DNA of 32,000 nt from Vibrio vulnificus CMCP6. GTDB taxonomy: Bacteria > Pseudomonadota > Gammaproteobacteria > Enterobacterales > Vibrionaceae. Of the stretch, positions 7,834 to 18,641 are shown piece by piece. Positions within the stretch are counted from its first letter, which is position 1. The number at the start of each line of letters is the position of its first letter. The stretch is from contig NC_004459.3 of the NCBI RefSeq assembly GCF_000039765.1, positions 2,721,127 to 2,753,126 of the forward strand, given 5' to 3'. A program made the position numbers and the translations under genes. Below the pieces are notes generated by a model. The model worked only from the letters and a program-made list of their open reading frames with translations. It did not search any database and was not told the origin of the DNA.

Positions 7834-9282
7834 TTAAACGTCGTAAGTCGTCGACGCTGTGTTACCGCCGGTACCGGTCCAGTTGGTGTGGAAGAACTCA
7901 CCACGCTCACGGTCGATACGCTCATAAGTGTGAGCACCGAAGTAGTCACGTTGTGCTTGCAGTAGGTTTGCAGGTAGACGCGCAGTTGTGTAACCGTCTA
8001 GGAACGTCAGTGCAGACGTTGTACATGGCATTGGAATGCCCGCTTCTAGCGACTTCGCCGCCACTTTACGCCATGCCACTAGGCTGTTTTGTAGGATGCC
8101 TTTGAAGTAGTCATCAGAACCTAGGAACGCAAGATCTGGGTTCGCTTCGTACGCATCACGGATATTGCCTAGGAACGCAGAACGGATGATACAACCACCG
8201 CGCCACATGAGTGCCACGTTGCCGTAGTTGAGATCCCAACCATTTTCATTAGACGCTTCACGCATCAGCATAAAGCCTTGAGCGTAAGAGATAATCTTAG
8301 ATGCTAGAAGCGCTTGACGAAGTGCGTCAACCCACTCTTTCTTGTCGCCTTCCACTGGAGTAATGGTCTTGCCAAATAGCTTCTCAGCTTCAACACGTTG
8401 ATCTTTCAGTGCCGATAGGCAGCGAGAGAATACTGACTCAGAGATAAGCGTTAGAGGAATACCAAGATCCAGTGCGTTGATGCCTGTCCATTTACCAGTA
8501 CCTTTTTGGCCAGCCGTGTCGAGGATCTTTTCTACTAGTGGCTCGCCATCTTCGTCTTTGTAGCCAAGGATGTCAGCGGTGATTTCGACTAGGTAGCTGT
8601 CTAGCTCAGTCTTGTTCCAATCTGCGAAAACGGCTTGCATCTCGTCTGCAGACATACCAAGGCCATCTTTCATGAACTGGTACGCTTCGGTGATCAGCTG
8701 CATGTCGCCGTATTCGATGCCGTTGTGTACCATTTTAACGAAGTGACCTGCACCATCGTTACCAACCCAATCACAGCAAGGCTCGCCAGCGTCAGTTTTT
8801 GCAGAGATACCTTGGAAGATAGGCTTAACCGCTTCCCATGCTTCAGGAGCACCGCCAGGCATAATAGAAGGGCCGAAACGTGCGCCTTCTTCACCACCAG
8901 ATACACCAGTACCGATGAAGTGGATGCCTTTTTCACGCAGCGCCGCTACACGACGGTTGGTGTCTGGGTAGTTCGTGTTACCACCGTCAATGATGATGTC
9001 GCCTTTATCAAGAAGCGGTACAAGTGCATCAATAAACTGGTCCACTACCGCGCCAGCACGAACCATCAACATCACTTTGCGTGGTGTTTCCAGTTTCTCA
9101 ACCAGTTCCTCAAGTGAGTATGCGCCAATGATGTTGGTGCCTTTCGCTGGGCCTTCTAGAAACTCATCTACTTTCGCCGCAGTACGGTTGTGAGCCACCA
9201 CTTTAAAGCCGTGGTCGTTCATGTTCAGGATAAGGTTTTGACCCATTACTGCTAGGCCAATTACACCGATATCACCTTTCAT
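7834..9282 (-). CDS. gnd: 6-phosphogluconate dehydrogenase, decarboxylating
   Basis: 482 aa; MKGDIGVIGLAVMGQNLILNMNDHG, IIDGGNTNYPDTNRR, HNGIEYGDMQLI. Confidence 0.97.
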   Translation of the reverse strand: MKGDIGVIGLAVMGQNLILNMNDHGFKVVAHNRTAAKVDEFLEGPAKGTNIIGAYSLEELVEKLETPRKVMLMVRAGAVVDQFIDALVPLLDKGDIIIDGGNTNYPDTNRRVAALREKGIHFIGTGVSGGEEGARFGPSIMPGGAPEAWEAVKPIFQGISAKTDAGEPCCDWVGNDGAGHFVKMVHNGIEYGDMQLITEAYQFMKDGLGMSADEMQAVFADWNKTELDSYLVEITADILGYKDEDGEPLVEKILDTAGQKGTGKWTGINALDLGIPLTLISESVFSRCLSALKDQRVEAEKLFGKTITPVEGDKKEWVDALRQALLASKIISYAQGFMLMREASNENGWDLNYGNVALMWRGGCIIRSAFLGNIRDAYEANPDLAFLGSDDYFKGILQNSLVAWRKVAAKSLEAGIPMPCTTSALTFLDGYTTARLPANLLQAQRDYFGAHTYERIDRERGEFFHTNWTGTGGNTASTTYDV

Positions 9283-9315
9283 TGTTTCTCTCCAATATAT
9301 TTCTTTCTGCGACGG

Positions 9316-10050
9316 TTAAGCGATTTTCGCTGCTGCGTCTAAATCTAAATACCATTCCGTCAGCCCTGCTTTCGCATGAATTTTTGCTGCCGGGTAAGGA
9401 AGTTCTTCCGCTGGATTGCTGTTGATCTCTTCAACAATGTCCGCTTTACCTGCACCCAGTACTAAATAGCTAATGCGTTTAGCCGCTTCCAGTACACGTG
9501 CCGTTTTCGAAACGCGAATTTGTCCAGATTCCGGATGAGAAGCCAATACTGACAGGTTCTCATCGTCATAATTCGTTTGACCTGGGAAAAGCGACGCCGT
9601 GTGACCATCTGCGCCAACACCAAGCAAAATCCAATCGAACACAGGTGTGCCATTATCGGTTGGAATAACGTCTGCCATTTCTTTTGCAAAACGTGCCGCT
9701 TCCACTTCTGGCTGTTCTTCGCCACGGATGCGGTGGATGTTTTCTGCAGGAATGCTCACTTGGCTCAATTCTCTTAGTTTAGAGAATAAAAGGGCATTCG
9801 CTTCACCGTAGTTGCTCTCAGCATCGTCTGGTGCCACGCAGCGTTCATCGCCCCACCAAAAATGAAGATTTTGCCACTGAATGGAGGTTGCGTACGTCTC
9901 TGATGCCAAAAGCTTAAACAGCATTTTAGGCGTGCTGCCACCAGAAAGTGAGATATGAACAGGTCGGCCCATTTCGCTAAACGCTTTCATGTCGTTTGCT
10001 AGGCTTTCTACTACCTGCTCTGCTGTTTGGTAGATCTTGTGATTGATCAT
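9316..10050 (-). CDS. pgl: 6-phosphogluconolactonase
   Basis: [49 protein letters not shown]. Start at MINHKIYQ overlaps the zwf stop by 3 nt. Confidence 0.93.
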   Translation of the reverse strand: MINHKIYQTAEQVVESLANDMKAFSEMGRPVHISLSGGSTPKMLFKLLASETYATSIQWQNLHFWWGDERCVAPDDAESNYGEANALLFSKLRELSQVSIPAENIHRIRGEEQPEVEAARFAKEMADVIPTDNGTPVFDWILLGVGADGHTASLFPGQTNYDDENLSVLASHPESGQIRVSKTARVLEAAKRISYLVLGAGKADIVEEINSNPAEELPYPAAKIHAKAGLTEWYLDLDAAAKIA

Positions 10051-11549
10051 AGTTCGCAGTAGTCCGTATCTGTTAGGTTTTTGCATGGGAAACGCCACGC
10101 GCGATCATCACGCTGCAGCAAATCGTCCGACTCTTTTGGCCCCCAAGTACCGCAAGCATAACCAAAGAGTGCTTGTGGATCTTGTTTGAAATCGAGGATA
10201 GGTTGAACGTATTTCCAACACGCTTCGACCGCATCGCTGCGAGCAAACAGCGTTGCGTCGCCGTTTAACGCATCAAGAAGCAGACGCTCATAGGCGGTCA
10301 GCATTTGCGTCTCTTGCAACGAAGCATAATGGAAGTTCATCTTCACTTCTTTGGCTTTAAAGCCTGCACCGGGTTCTTTCAAACCGAAGCTCATTTGAAT
10401 GCCTTCATCAGGCTGAATACGAATGATCAGTTTGTTTTCTGGAGCGTTTTGGCCAAATACCGGATGCGGTGTTTGTTTGAAGTGGATAACCACTTCTGTC
10501 ACGCGAGTTGGAAGACGCTTACCCGTGCGCACGTAGAATGGTACGCCATTCCAACGCCAGTTATTGATGTACGCTTTAAGACCAATGTAAGTCTCGGTAC
10601 GAGAATCGTCCGCTACGCCGTTTTCTTCACGGTAGCCAAGCAGATGTTGTCCGCGCACGTCTGATGCGGTGTATTGACCCAAAACTAGGTTGTTACGCAG
10701 ATCATCTTCCTCAAGCGGTTTTAAACACTGCAGAACTTTCACTACTTCATCACGCATGGAATCGGCGTTAATTTGTGCTGGCGGCTCCATGCCCACCATC
10801 GCCAACACTTGCAGTAGGTGGTTTTGGAACATATCGCGCACAGCGCCGGAGCCGTCGTAATAACCACCGCGCTCTTCCACACCAAGGAATTCGGCACCTG
10901 TGATTTCCACATAATCAATGAAGTTGCGGTTCCACAGAGGTTCAAACATGGCGTTAGAGAAACGGAAAACAAGTAAGTTTTGTACGGTCTCTTTTCCAAG
11001 GTAGTGGTCGATGCGATAGATCTGATGCTCTTGGAAGCAATCGTGTATTTCTTTGTCGAGCTGACGTGCCGAAGCCAAATCATAACCAAACGGTTTTTCA
11101 ATGATCAGGCGCTTCCAACCATCCTCTTCACTATTGAGACCGTGATGAGCAAGGCTTGCAGGAATAACACTGTAAAGGCTTGGCGGTGTGGCCAGATAAA
11201 ACAGTGTATTACGTTGTTCGAACTGGTATTGAGCGGCCAATTCATCTAAACGTACAACCAACTTCGCGTAGTCTTTTGTGTCTGACGTGTTGATGGCTTG
11301 ATAGTGAAGATGGTCGATAAATGAATCCAGAATAGCTGGTTCCGTTTTCTCCATTTCCTGAAGAGAGCGCTTTAACTTTTCGCGATAAGATTCATCGCTG
11401 TATTCAGTGCGGCTGACACCTAAAATAGCAAAGTTTTCTGGTAGCTGCTTACTTGCGTAGAGGTGGTATAAAGCAGGGATCAACTTGCGATATGTTAAAT
11501 CACCTGAAGCACCAAAAATTACGATGCTGCTGTTTTCTGGTATTACCAT
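10047..11549 (-). CDS. zwf: Glucose-6-phosphate 1-dehydrogenase
   Basis: [33 protein letters not shown]. Start set at MVIPENSS; the track's 11627 start is probably too long. Confidence 0.95.
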   Translation of the reverse strand: MVIPENSSIVIFGASGDLTYRKLIPALYHLYASKQLPENFAILGVSRTEYSDESYREKLKRSLQEMEKTEPAILDSFIDHLHYQAINTSDTKDYAKLVVRLDELAAQYQFEQRNTLFYLATPPSLYSVIPASLAHHGLNSEEDGWKRLIIEKPFGYDLASARQLDKEIHDCFQEHQIYRIDHYLGKETVQNLLVFRFSNAMFEPLWNRNFIDYVEITGAEFLGVEERGGYYDGSGAVRDMFQNHLLQVLAMVGMEPPAQINADSMRDEVVKVLQCLKPLEEDDLRNNLVLGQYTASDVRGQHLLGYREENGVADDSRTETYIGLKAYINNWRWNGVPFYVRTGKRLPTRVTEVVIHFKQTPHPVFGQNAPENKLIIRIQPDEGIQMSFGLKEPGAGFKAKEVKMNFHYASLQETQMLTAYERLLLDALNGDATLFARSDAVEACWKYVQPILDFKQDPQALFGYACGTWGPKESDDLLQRDDRAWRFPCKNLTDTDYCEL

Positions 11550-11964
11550 CATCTTTCCCTTAAAAACGAGGTACTTGTTGTGTGCCTGGATACGGCTTAA
11601 AGGATGAGCCCACCCTATCAGTGACACCTAAAAATTGATAATCGGCCCTGCCTATTCCACTAATAGACAAAACCTTACAAAACAGTGAGTGTGGGTTGGT
11701 AATAAGAATGATTTGCCCGACACGGGGGCGTATTGTCTACGACAATTTGACATACATCAATAGTTAGAATCGCAATCGTTTAAATTATGACTCGAAAATG
11801 ACATATCTATTTGTTATTAAAAGATTATTTAATTTAAAACTGATTAGACCAGTTTAATTGAAATGTGGGCAAATAATCAGCAAATATCCGCCCAAATGTA
11901 ATCCATTGCACGATAAGTAACAAAAACACCGCTCACATATTAAATTTGCCGCATAACCAGCAAA

Positions 11965-12651
11965 TTAACGATGAACTTTGCGATACGTTCGTTCAGGGCG
12001 ACCAACCGTACCGTAATTCAAATCGGCAGCAAGCTCACCCGAGCTGATCAAATATTCAAGATAGCGCCTTGCCGTGGTGCGACTGGCCCCGATTTGCTCC
12101 CCCGCTTCGTCTGCAGTATAGGAAACCTCGCCTTGAAATAAGGTTCGAATTTTATCAAGGGTAACCCCATCGATACCTTTGGGTAGCCGATTGGATACGC
12201 TTTCCTGCGTACTGCTTGCTTGCAGCATTTTATCCACCAAGCCTTGATTAAGGTCGGACACGGTTCCCAACTGCACTCGTTGCGCACGGTATTTGTTCAA
12301 AGCACTTTCCAGCCGCGGAAACATCACGGGTTTTAACAAATAGTCCACCACACCGCCACGCATTGCGGTTTGTAGCGTTTCCACATCTCTTGCTGCGGTA
12401 ATCAAAATAACGTCACAATGACGATTGCTGCCGCGAATTTGATTGAGGATCTCCAACCCACTGCCATCAGGAAGGTAAACATCGAGCAAAACCAAATCAG
12501 GCTCGAACACGGACAACTGCATTTCGGCTTCGGCTTGTGTGGTCGCAATGCCAATCACCTCGAAACCATCCATTTGCTGCAAATACTTATGATGAAGCTG
12601 AGCAATCGCCATATCATCTTCAATTATCATCACTCGGGTATCGGCATTCAT
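11965..12651 (-). CDS. Response regulator, CitB/DcuR family
   Basis: Receiver VMIIEDDMAIAQLHHKYL...LLDVYLPDGSG...LKPVMFPRL; C-terminal HTH TADEAGEQIGASRTTARRYLEYL. Confidence 0.88.
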   Translation of the reverse strand: MNADTRVMIIEDDMAIAQLHHKYLQQMDGFEVIGIATTQAEAEMQLSVFEPDLVLLDVYLPDGSGLEILNQIRGSNRHCDVILITAARDVETLQTAMRGGVVDYLLKPVMFPRLESALNKYRAQRVQLGTVSDLNQGLVDKMLQASSTQESVSNRLPKGIDGVTLDKIRTLFQGEVSYTADEAGEQIGASRTTARRYLEYLISSGELAADLNYGTVGRPERTYRKVHR

Positions 12652-14267
12652 CTTTGTTCTTCCTTGGGTAAATAGACCGTCATTCTTGTGCCAAATTTGT
12701 CATTCTCAGCCATCTCTATCGAGCCGCAATAACGTGCGGCTAATTGATTGACTAAGTAGAGCCCAACACCCCGAGTGCTGGTCGCTTTGCTCGAGATCCC
12801 TTTCTCAAGCAGCTGCTCGGTGGAAAATTGTTTGGGCAAACCACAACCTTGATCCTGCACTTCAAGAATCACTTCCGTTCCGTAGTCACTGATGGAAACT
12901 TCAATGGTTCTGCGTGAACGGGCAAAATTGCCTTCTTGCGCGATCGCGCTCATGGTCGCGTCAAAAGCGTTATCAATCAGGTTACCGAGTATTGTCGTGA
13001 TGTCTTCTGGGTTCAGCCAAGCACTTAGCGGCTCTAAACGAGCCCCTTCTTCAACCACTAACTCTAAGCCAAGCTCACGCGCGCGTTCCGTTTTTCCTAG
13101 CAGCATGCCCGCGACCAACGGATCTTTGATGGTATCGCGTAGAAACTCGATCAACCCCTGATAGTGCGCCGTCTCCTGCCCGATAAGCTGTTGAACCGCA
13201 TCAAGCTCGCCCATCTGAACTAGGCCACTGATGGTATTAAGTTTGTTGCGATGTTCATGCGTTTGTGAGCGTAATAAATCGGCATACTCTTTGGTTTGAG
13301 AAAGCTGTTCAGTGAGCTCAGAAATTTCATCACGCAAACGAAAACTGGACACCGCGCCGACAATCTTTCCCTCTACGTAAACCGGGCTTCGGTTGGCAAT
13401 CAACCTCTTTTGGTTGAGGTAAAGTTCAATATCGTGATCTTCTTGTCCCGTTTCTAATACACGGTACAGATCACTGGCGGGCAACGCATCAGAGAGCGGT
13501 TTGTTCAGCACTTGGGCCGGATCTAACCCGAGAATCTGCGCTGCACTGCGGTTGATGGAACGCAGCACGCCACTCGAATCAATACTTAACACCCCTTCTT
13601 TAATGGTGCTCATGGTCACATCAAGCTCACCATATAACCGACCAATTTCTTCCGGTTCAAACCCCAAAATCGCTCGCTGAAATTTACGAGAAGCGTAATT
13701 GGAAACCAAGGCATTCGCAGCAACCACCAGTAACGTCATAGCAATTAAAAACCACGCAAATGGCTCTATTCTGTCTTGTAATCGATCCAGCAGATAACCC
13801 ACAGAAACCACACCGATCACTTCACCCGCCGAGTTAAAAACCGCTGCTTTGCCACGCACCGAATAGCCCAGTGAACCTCTTGCTGTCGAGATATACGCTT
13901 CGCCTTCTTCCAATGCTCGGGCGTTATCACCACCACGCATCGGCAAACCAAGGCGTTCATCAACGGGGTGGATCAACCGAATACCTTCACGATCACCCAC
14001 CACAATGAAGGCTGCGCCCAATGCTTGGGTTAGTTCTCGAAATTTTTGCTGATAGGTGACATCGTCACGATTTTCGATCAACTCGATAACCGTCGTAGAG
14101 GTAGCAAGAAATCGCGCGACACCGAGTGCCTTCTGCCCCATTTCTTGCTCTTGCGAGTATTTGAGGTAGGCAAAGCCCGCTGCTACGAGGATAAGCAACT
14201 CAATTAATCCGGAGAGCGTCATAATGACCAGCATTCTTTTACGAAAACTGATGCTTTGCCACGTCAT
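12648..14267 (-). CDS. Sensor histidine kinase, DcuS/CitA family
   Basis: Periplasmic sensor flanked by two TMs, PAS-like region, HEHRNKLNTISGLVQMG, HATPase NLIDNAFDAT...GVGLYLVNQL. 4-nt overlap with the response regulator. Confidence 0.88.
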   Translation of the reverse strand: MTWQSISFRKRMLVIMTLSGLIELLILVAAGFAYLKYSQEQEMGQKALGVARFLATSTTVIELIENRDDVTYQQKFRELTQALGAAFIVVGDREGIRLIHPVDERLGLPMRGGDNARALEEGEAYISTARGSLGYSVRGKAAVFNSAGEVIGVVSVGYLLDRLQDRIEPFAWFLIAMTLLVVAANALVSNYASRKFQRAILGFEPEEIGRLYGELDVTMSTIKEGVLSIDSSGVLRSINRSAAQILGLDPAQVLNKPLSDALPASDLYRVLETGQEDHDIELYLNQKRLIANRSPVYVEGKIVGAVSSFRLRDEISELTEQLSQTKEYADLLRSQTHEHRNKLNTISGLVQMGELDAVQQLIGQETAHYQGLIEFLRDTIKDPLVAGMLLGKTERARELGLELVVEEGARLEPLSAWLNPEDITTILGNLIDNAFDATMSAIAQEGNFARSRRTIEVSISDYGTEVILEVQDQGCGLPKQFSTEQLLEKGISSKATSTRGVGLYLVNQLAARYCGSIEMAENDKFGTRMTVYLPKEEQR

Positions 14268-14476
14268 GCTTACCTCTTTGCACCACTTAAAAACATCGAA
14301 AACTCAGTTAACTTAACACCGTTTTAACATGCAAGCTCTTACCACCCTCCGGAAGTGTGAATCGCAAGAAATAAATCCTCGTGAAATGACTATTTATTAT
14401 CCTGCAAGTAATACCTCTCAAATGTGAGAAGTGGATTTTAAATAAACAACAAGTTACATAACCATCGAACCAGTTA

Positions 14477-14490
14477 TTGATCTAGATCAC
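14477..14490 (+). promoter_or_regulatory. FNR/CRP-like site TTGAT-CTAG-ATCAC
   Basis: One mismatch to TTGAT-N4-ATCAA; located about 50 bp before a TATACT -10-like element (14534-14539). Confidence 0.4.
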
Positions 14491-14617
14491 TGCGAATTTA
14501 GCTAAATTTGAGGTCTTTTTAGGGCGTAGGGCGTATACTTTTTGGGCAATGAAGCAACATCAAACTTGATTACAATAATAACGACAAGGTGGTGTCAATT
14601 GATAAGGAACGATCAAT

Positions 14618-14845
14618 ATGGAACGCGATACCTTTGGAATTTGTCTGAATAAGGCAATGCTGTCGAAGAATATGCATTCAACATTTACACACGTCAGGGC
14701 TTATGAAAAAGACGAACGGAGTCCGAGTGACCTGAAAGTCCTTTTATCATTCCCGCAAATGAGCGGACGGGATCTGTTGCAGACCATGCAAGGTTCTCGA
14801 CAACTTGAATGGAGAGCAGAATTCTTCTGCCCTTCCATGAAGTAA
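14618..14845 (+). CDS. Possible small protein, 75 aa
   Basis: SD AAGGA 9 nt before ATG; own terminator downstream. Sequence not recognised. Confidence 0.4.
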   Translation: MERDTFGICLNKAMLSKNMHSTFTHVRAYEKDERSPSDLKVLLSFPQMSGRDLLQTMQGSRQLEWRAEFFCPSMK

Positions 14846-14868
14846 GATAGCTCGCCTCTACGCAAAAT

Positions 14869-14899
14869 AGCACAGCTTTCGGGTTGTGCTTTTTATTAT
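14869..14899 (+). terminator. Rho-independent terminator
   Basis: AGCACAGC-TTTCGG-GTTGTGCT followed by TTTTATTAT. Confidence 0.7.
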
Positions 14900-15083
14900 C
14901 TGTACCTTGCCCATAATAAGTTCCAATTTGCATAGGTGAGGCTTCATGTTTTAATAGACACATTTCCTTACCAAGATAGCAACTGCTCATTTCGCAATCT
15001 TGGCGAAAAGATAAACCCACAACTTAACAGTGGATCACAATTACTATATATTAGAGTCATTACTCTATTTTGCGATATCCATC

Positions 15084-16493
15084 ATGAAACGACACAGTAA
15101 GCTATTGATGATTGGGCTGCTCTCGAGCTCCATATCGCTCGCCTGTCAGGCGGCACCCATTACCTTCCAGCAGGCATGGCAACTTTTGCAAGAAAACAAC
15201 CACTCTCTTGCAGCGCAACGCGCCAATGTTGAAAGCCAGCAACATATGCAAAGCGCCTCCAGCAGTTTAAATCTGCCTTCTATTAGTGTTGGCGCTAATT
15301 ACACTCGACTAGACACCGATGTCACTGTATCTGGACAACAACTTCTCGACAGCACAGGCCAACATATTGCGGTTCCACCTGCCTTTCAACCCATTTTTGG
15401 GGCGTTGGCCAATACGACGTCTACCATCACAGAGCGAGATATCTTTACTTCTTCGATCCGTGCCATTTGGCCAATTTTCACTGGCGGTCGAATTTCCGCA
15501 GCACAAACAGCAGCGGAAGGGAAAACCGATGAAGCCAGAAGCCAACTGGCGATGGAGACACAAGCGAGATACGAGGACTTAAGTAAATACTATTTCTCGG
15601 TCGTGTTAGCCAAGGAAGTCTTACAAACACGTCAAGCGGTGGAACAAGGCTTAACACAGCATCGAGATTTCGCTATTAAGCTCGAAAAACAGGGCCAGAT
15701 CGCCCATGTTGAACGCTTACAAGCAGAAGCGTCACTGGATAAAGCTAAGGTCGAGACACGAAAAGCCCAAAGTAACCTCGATATCGCACAATCAGCCTTG
15801 AGCAAAATCTTGGCACAAAATGACATGGTCGAACCCGCGGAAGGGCTCTTCATCAACCAACATCTTCCTCCACTCACCGCCTTTACTGAGCAGACACTCG
15901 CCACCTACCCAGGCTTGGATTTACTCAGTGCAAAAGAGAAACAAGCCAGCGCGCTGATCAAGGCTGAAAAAGGGAAATACTACCCTGAGGTCTATCTTTA
16001 CGGTGATTACAGCCTTTACGAAGATGATTCGTTAGCCAGTGAGATGAAGCCGGATTGGCTGGTTGGTGTGGGCGTGAATATTCCACTATTGGAAAACACT
16101 GGCCGCAGCGACAAAGTGAAAGCTGCCAACAGTATGGTCTCTCAAGTTCAATCTCTCAAAGCACAAGCAAAAGAAGATCTTTCGGTACTGGTACAAAAAA
16201 CCTATTTGGAAGCGCAACAAGCCATCGACGAAGTTATCGGCCTTGAATCAAGTATTCGCCTAGCCAAAGAGAACCTAGATTTAAGAGAAAAAGCGTTCAA
16301 ACAAGGCCTATCCACTTCTTTGGAAGTGGTTGATGCGCAGCTCTATTTCGCGAGCGTCGAAACCCAGCAATCTGCTGCACGATTTCGCTACCTACTCTCT
16401 TTGACCAAGTTATTGGCGCTCAGTAGCGAAATGAACAGCTTCAATCAATATCAATCTTCTGCTTACCAACCGACTCAAGAGGCGTCGCTATGA
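15084..16493 (+). CDS. TolC family outer membrane efflux protein
   Basis: Lipoprotein-like signal ending ISLAC; duplicated helical OEP repeats (ALSKILAQN, LREKAFKQGLSTSLEVVDAQLYF). Confidence 0.85.
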   Translation: MKRHSKLLMIGLLSSSISLACQAAPITFQQAWQLLQENNHSLAAQRANVESQQHMQSASSSLNLPSISVGANYTRLDTDVTVSGQQLLDSTGQHIAVPPAFQPIFGALANTTSTITERDIFTSSIRAIWPIFTGGRISAAQTAAEGKTDEARSQLAMETQARYEDLSKYYFSVVLAKEVLQTRQAVEQGLTQHRDFAIKLEKQGQIAHVERLQAEASLDKAKVETRKAQSNLDIAQSALSKILAQNDMVEPAEGLFINQHLPPLTAFTEQTLATYPGLDLLSAKEKQASALIKAEKGKYYPEVYLYGDYSLYEDDSLASEMKPDWLVGVGVNIPLLENTGRSDKVKAANSMVSQVQSLKAQAKEDLSVLVQKTYLEAQQAIDEVIGLESSIRLAKENLDLREKAFKQGLSTSLEVVDAQLYFASVETQQSAARFRYLLSLTKLLALSSEMNSFNQYQSSAYQPTQEASL

Positions 16494-17464
16494 AATCATT
16501 TAAACCTGTTTTGCTGTCACTGTGTGCTGTCGGTGTCGTGAGCTGGGTCGGTTACAGCTTTTATCAAGCCTATCAACCAGAACCAGTCCGCTTGCAAGGC
16601 ATGATTGAAGCACAACAGTACAGTATTTCGTCTAAAGTACCAGGCCGTATCGACCAAGTCTTAGTACGGAAAGGGGAAAATATCACCAAAGGCCAACTGG
16701 TTTTTACCCTGCATAGCCCAGAAATCGAAGCCAAGCTCGAACAAGCGAAAGCCGGTGAAAAAGCGGCTGACGCCCTCGCTCAAGAAGCCGAAAAAGGGGC
16801 TCGTAGCCAACAGATTCAAGCCGCGAAAGACCAATGGCTAAAAGCCAAAGCCGCTGCAGACTTGATGGAGAAGACCTACCAACGCGTCAACAATCTGTAT
16901 AACGATGGTGTTGTTGCAGAGCAAAAACGCGATGAAGCCATGACACAATGGCAAGCCGCCAAGTACACCGAAAGCGCAGCATTTCAAATGTACGAAATGG
17001 CAAAAGAAGGTGTCCGCGACGAGACCAAACTAGCAGCCGCTGAAAAAGCGCGCATGGCAGCAGGCGCTGTAGCGGAAGTCGAAGCCTACGCCAACGACAC
17101 TCGCATCGAGAGCTGGTTTGATGGTGAAGTATCACAAGTGCTATTGCAAAGTGGCGAGCTTGCACCTCAGGGCTTTCCTGTCGTCACAGTGATCGATACA
17201 CAAGACGCTTGGGCGGTGCTGAATGTTCGAGAAGACCTACTGAAACACTTCCAAAAAGATCAAACCTTTTCAGCCTACCTACCTGCGCTGGACAAAAAGA
17301 TCGAGTTTAAGGTGAGTCACATCGCTGTGATGGGTGATTTCGCGACATGGCGCGCAACCGATGCCTCCAAAGGCTTTGACCTGCGCACGTTTGAAGTCGA
17401 AGCGCGTCCAGTAACGCCGGTAAACGATCTGCGCATGGGCATGAGTTTAGTGGTTGAGCTGTAA
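16490..17464 (+). CDS. HlyD family membrane fusion protein
   Basis: Single N-terminal TM, ISSKVPGRIDQVLVRKGENITKGQLVFTL, coiled-coil hairpin. ATGA overlap with the TolC-like gene. Confidence 0.85.
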   Translation: MKSFKPVLLSLCAVGVVSWVGYSFYQAYQPEPVRLQGMIEAQQYSISSKVPGRIDQVLVRKGENITKGQLVFTLHSPEIEAKLEQAKAGEKAADALAQEAEKGARSQQIQAAKDQWLKAKAAADLMEKTYQRVNNLYNDGVVAEQKRDEAMTQWQAAKYTESAAFQMYEMAKEGVRDETKLAAAEKARMAAGAVAEVEAYANDTRIESWFDGEVSQVLLQSGELAPQGFPVVTVIDTQDAWAVLNVREDLLKHFQKDQTFSAYLPALDKKIEFKVSHIAVMGDFATWRATDASKGFDLRTFEVEARPVTPVNDLRMGMSLVVEL

Positions 17465-17474
17465 AGGTTAGCCA

Positions 17475-18641
17475 ATGAAACCACAACTCTCACAATTGCA
17501 TGTGTTGAGACACGACAAATGGTTGTTGTCGTGTCTCACTTGGATCCCTATCCTGCTAGCGCTGTTGATTTGGGGCGTGTTCTCAGCGGGCATCGCTCGA
17601 GATTTGCCTATCGGCGTGGTGGATAACGCACACAGCACACTCTCGAGAAAGCTAACTCACATGCTGGATGCGTCATCCACGATGAGTGTCGACTATCAGT
17701 TTAGCGATGTACTGCAAGCCAAAAATGCCATGATCGAAGGAAAGGTTTATGCCTATGTCATCATTCCGGACCATTTCGATCGCGATATCTACCTGAAACG
17801 CGCACCACAAGTCTCGGTGTTTTATAACAGTCAATACATATTGATTGGCCGTTTGATCAATTCTGCCGTAGTGCAAGCCCAAGGCTTCTTTAATGCAAGC
17901 CTTGAGACCATGAAATCCTTGAGTCATGGCAATAGCACGGTACAAGGCGCTTTGGGGAACGCTGTCACCATTTCCACGCAAATTTCCCCTTTATTTAACC
18001 AAAACACCAACTATGCACAGTTTTTGGTTTCTGCTGTCGTACCGGCGATTTGGCAAATCATGATCGTTGTCTGTTCCATTCTAATTCTCGCCGCCAATTT
18101 GCGTGTGTATGCGAGAAAACCGGAACATCTTGATCGATGGCTGGGTACTCAACCATTCAAAGTCATCAGCAAAACACTCGCGGCTTACCTGCCCATCTTC
18201 CTCTTGCATGGTTTTGCTTTCCTATTTTGGTTCTATTTCATGCTTGATTGGCCATTCCAAGGCCATTTACTTCCGATCATGATCGCCCAGTTAGCCACCA
18301 CCATCGCTTGTATGATCATGGGCGCATTCTTTTTCTTCATGACATTGGATGCAGCGCGAGCCATGAGTTTCGCGGGCGCGTTTACTGCCCCAAGCTTAGC
18401 GTTTATGGGCATTACTTTCCCAGTTTCAGACATGGGTTCATTGGCGCAATTTTGGCGTAGTTTGCTGCCTATCAGTCACTACATCGAAGTACAAGTCGCA
18501 CAAGCCAGCTACGGGACGAGCGCGTTAACTTCGCTCACTCATTTGCTACCTATGGTCGGTTACGTACTGCCCGCCTTTTTGGCTGTGGCGCTGGCAAAAC
18601 GCCATCTAAAGAAAACGGAGGCGACAAATGTCCCTGTTTGA
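17475..18641 (+). CDS. ABC-2 type transporter permease
   Basis: 388 aa; N-terminal TM, extracytoplasmic domain, then about five TMs; LPISHYIEVQVAQASYG typical of YhhJ-like ABC-2 permeases. Confidence 0.8.
   Translation: MKPQLSQLHVLRHDKWLLSCLTWIPILLALLIWGVFSAGIARDLPIGVVDNAHSTLSRKLTHMLDASSTMSVDYQFSDVLQAKNAMIEGKVYAYVIIPDHFDRDIYLKRAPQVSVFYNSQYILIGRLINSAVVQAQGFFNASLETMKSLSHGNSTVQGALGNAVTISTQISPLFNQNTNYAQFLVSAVVPAIWQIMIVVCSILILAANLRVYARKPEHLDRWLGTQPFKVISKTLAAYLPIFLLHGFAFLFWFYFMLDWPFQGHLLPIMIAQLATTIACMIMGAFFFFMTLDAARAMSFAGAFTAPSLAFMGITFPVSDMGSLAQFWRSLLPISHYIEVQVAQASYGTSALTSLTHLLPMVGYVLPAFLAVALAKRHLKKTEATNVPV

Noticed and set aside
8635-9193. + strand ORFs (160 aa, 80 aa, 72 aa) inside the gnd region
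   Set aside because: Antisense shadows of a strongly conserved gnd coding sequence; no RBS or family resemblance.
14694-15020. 108-aa minus-strand ORF upstream of the TolC-like gene
   Set aside because: It runs across the hairpin terminator at 14869-14899 and opposes the better supported + strand unit; no recognisable domain.
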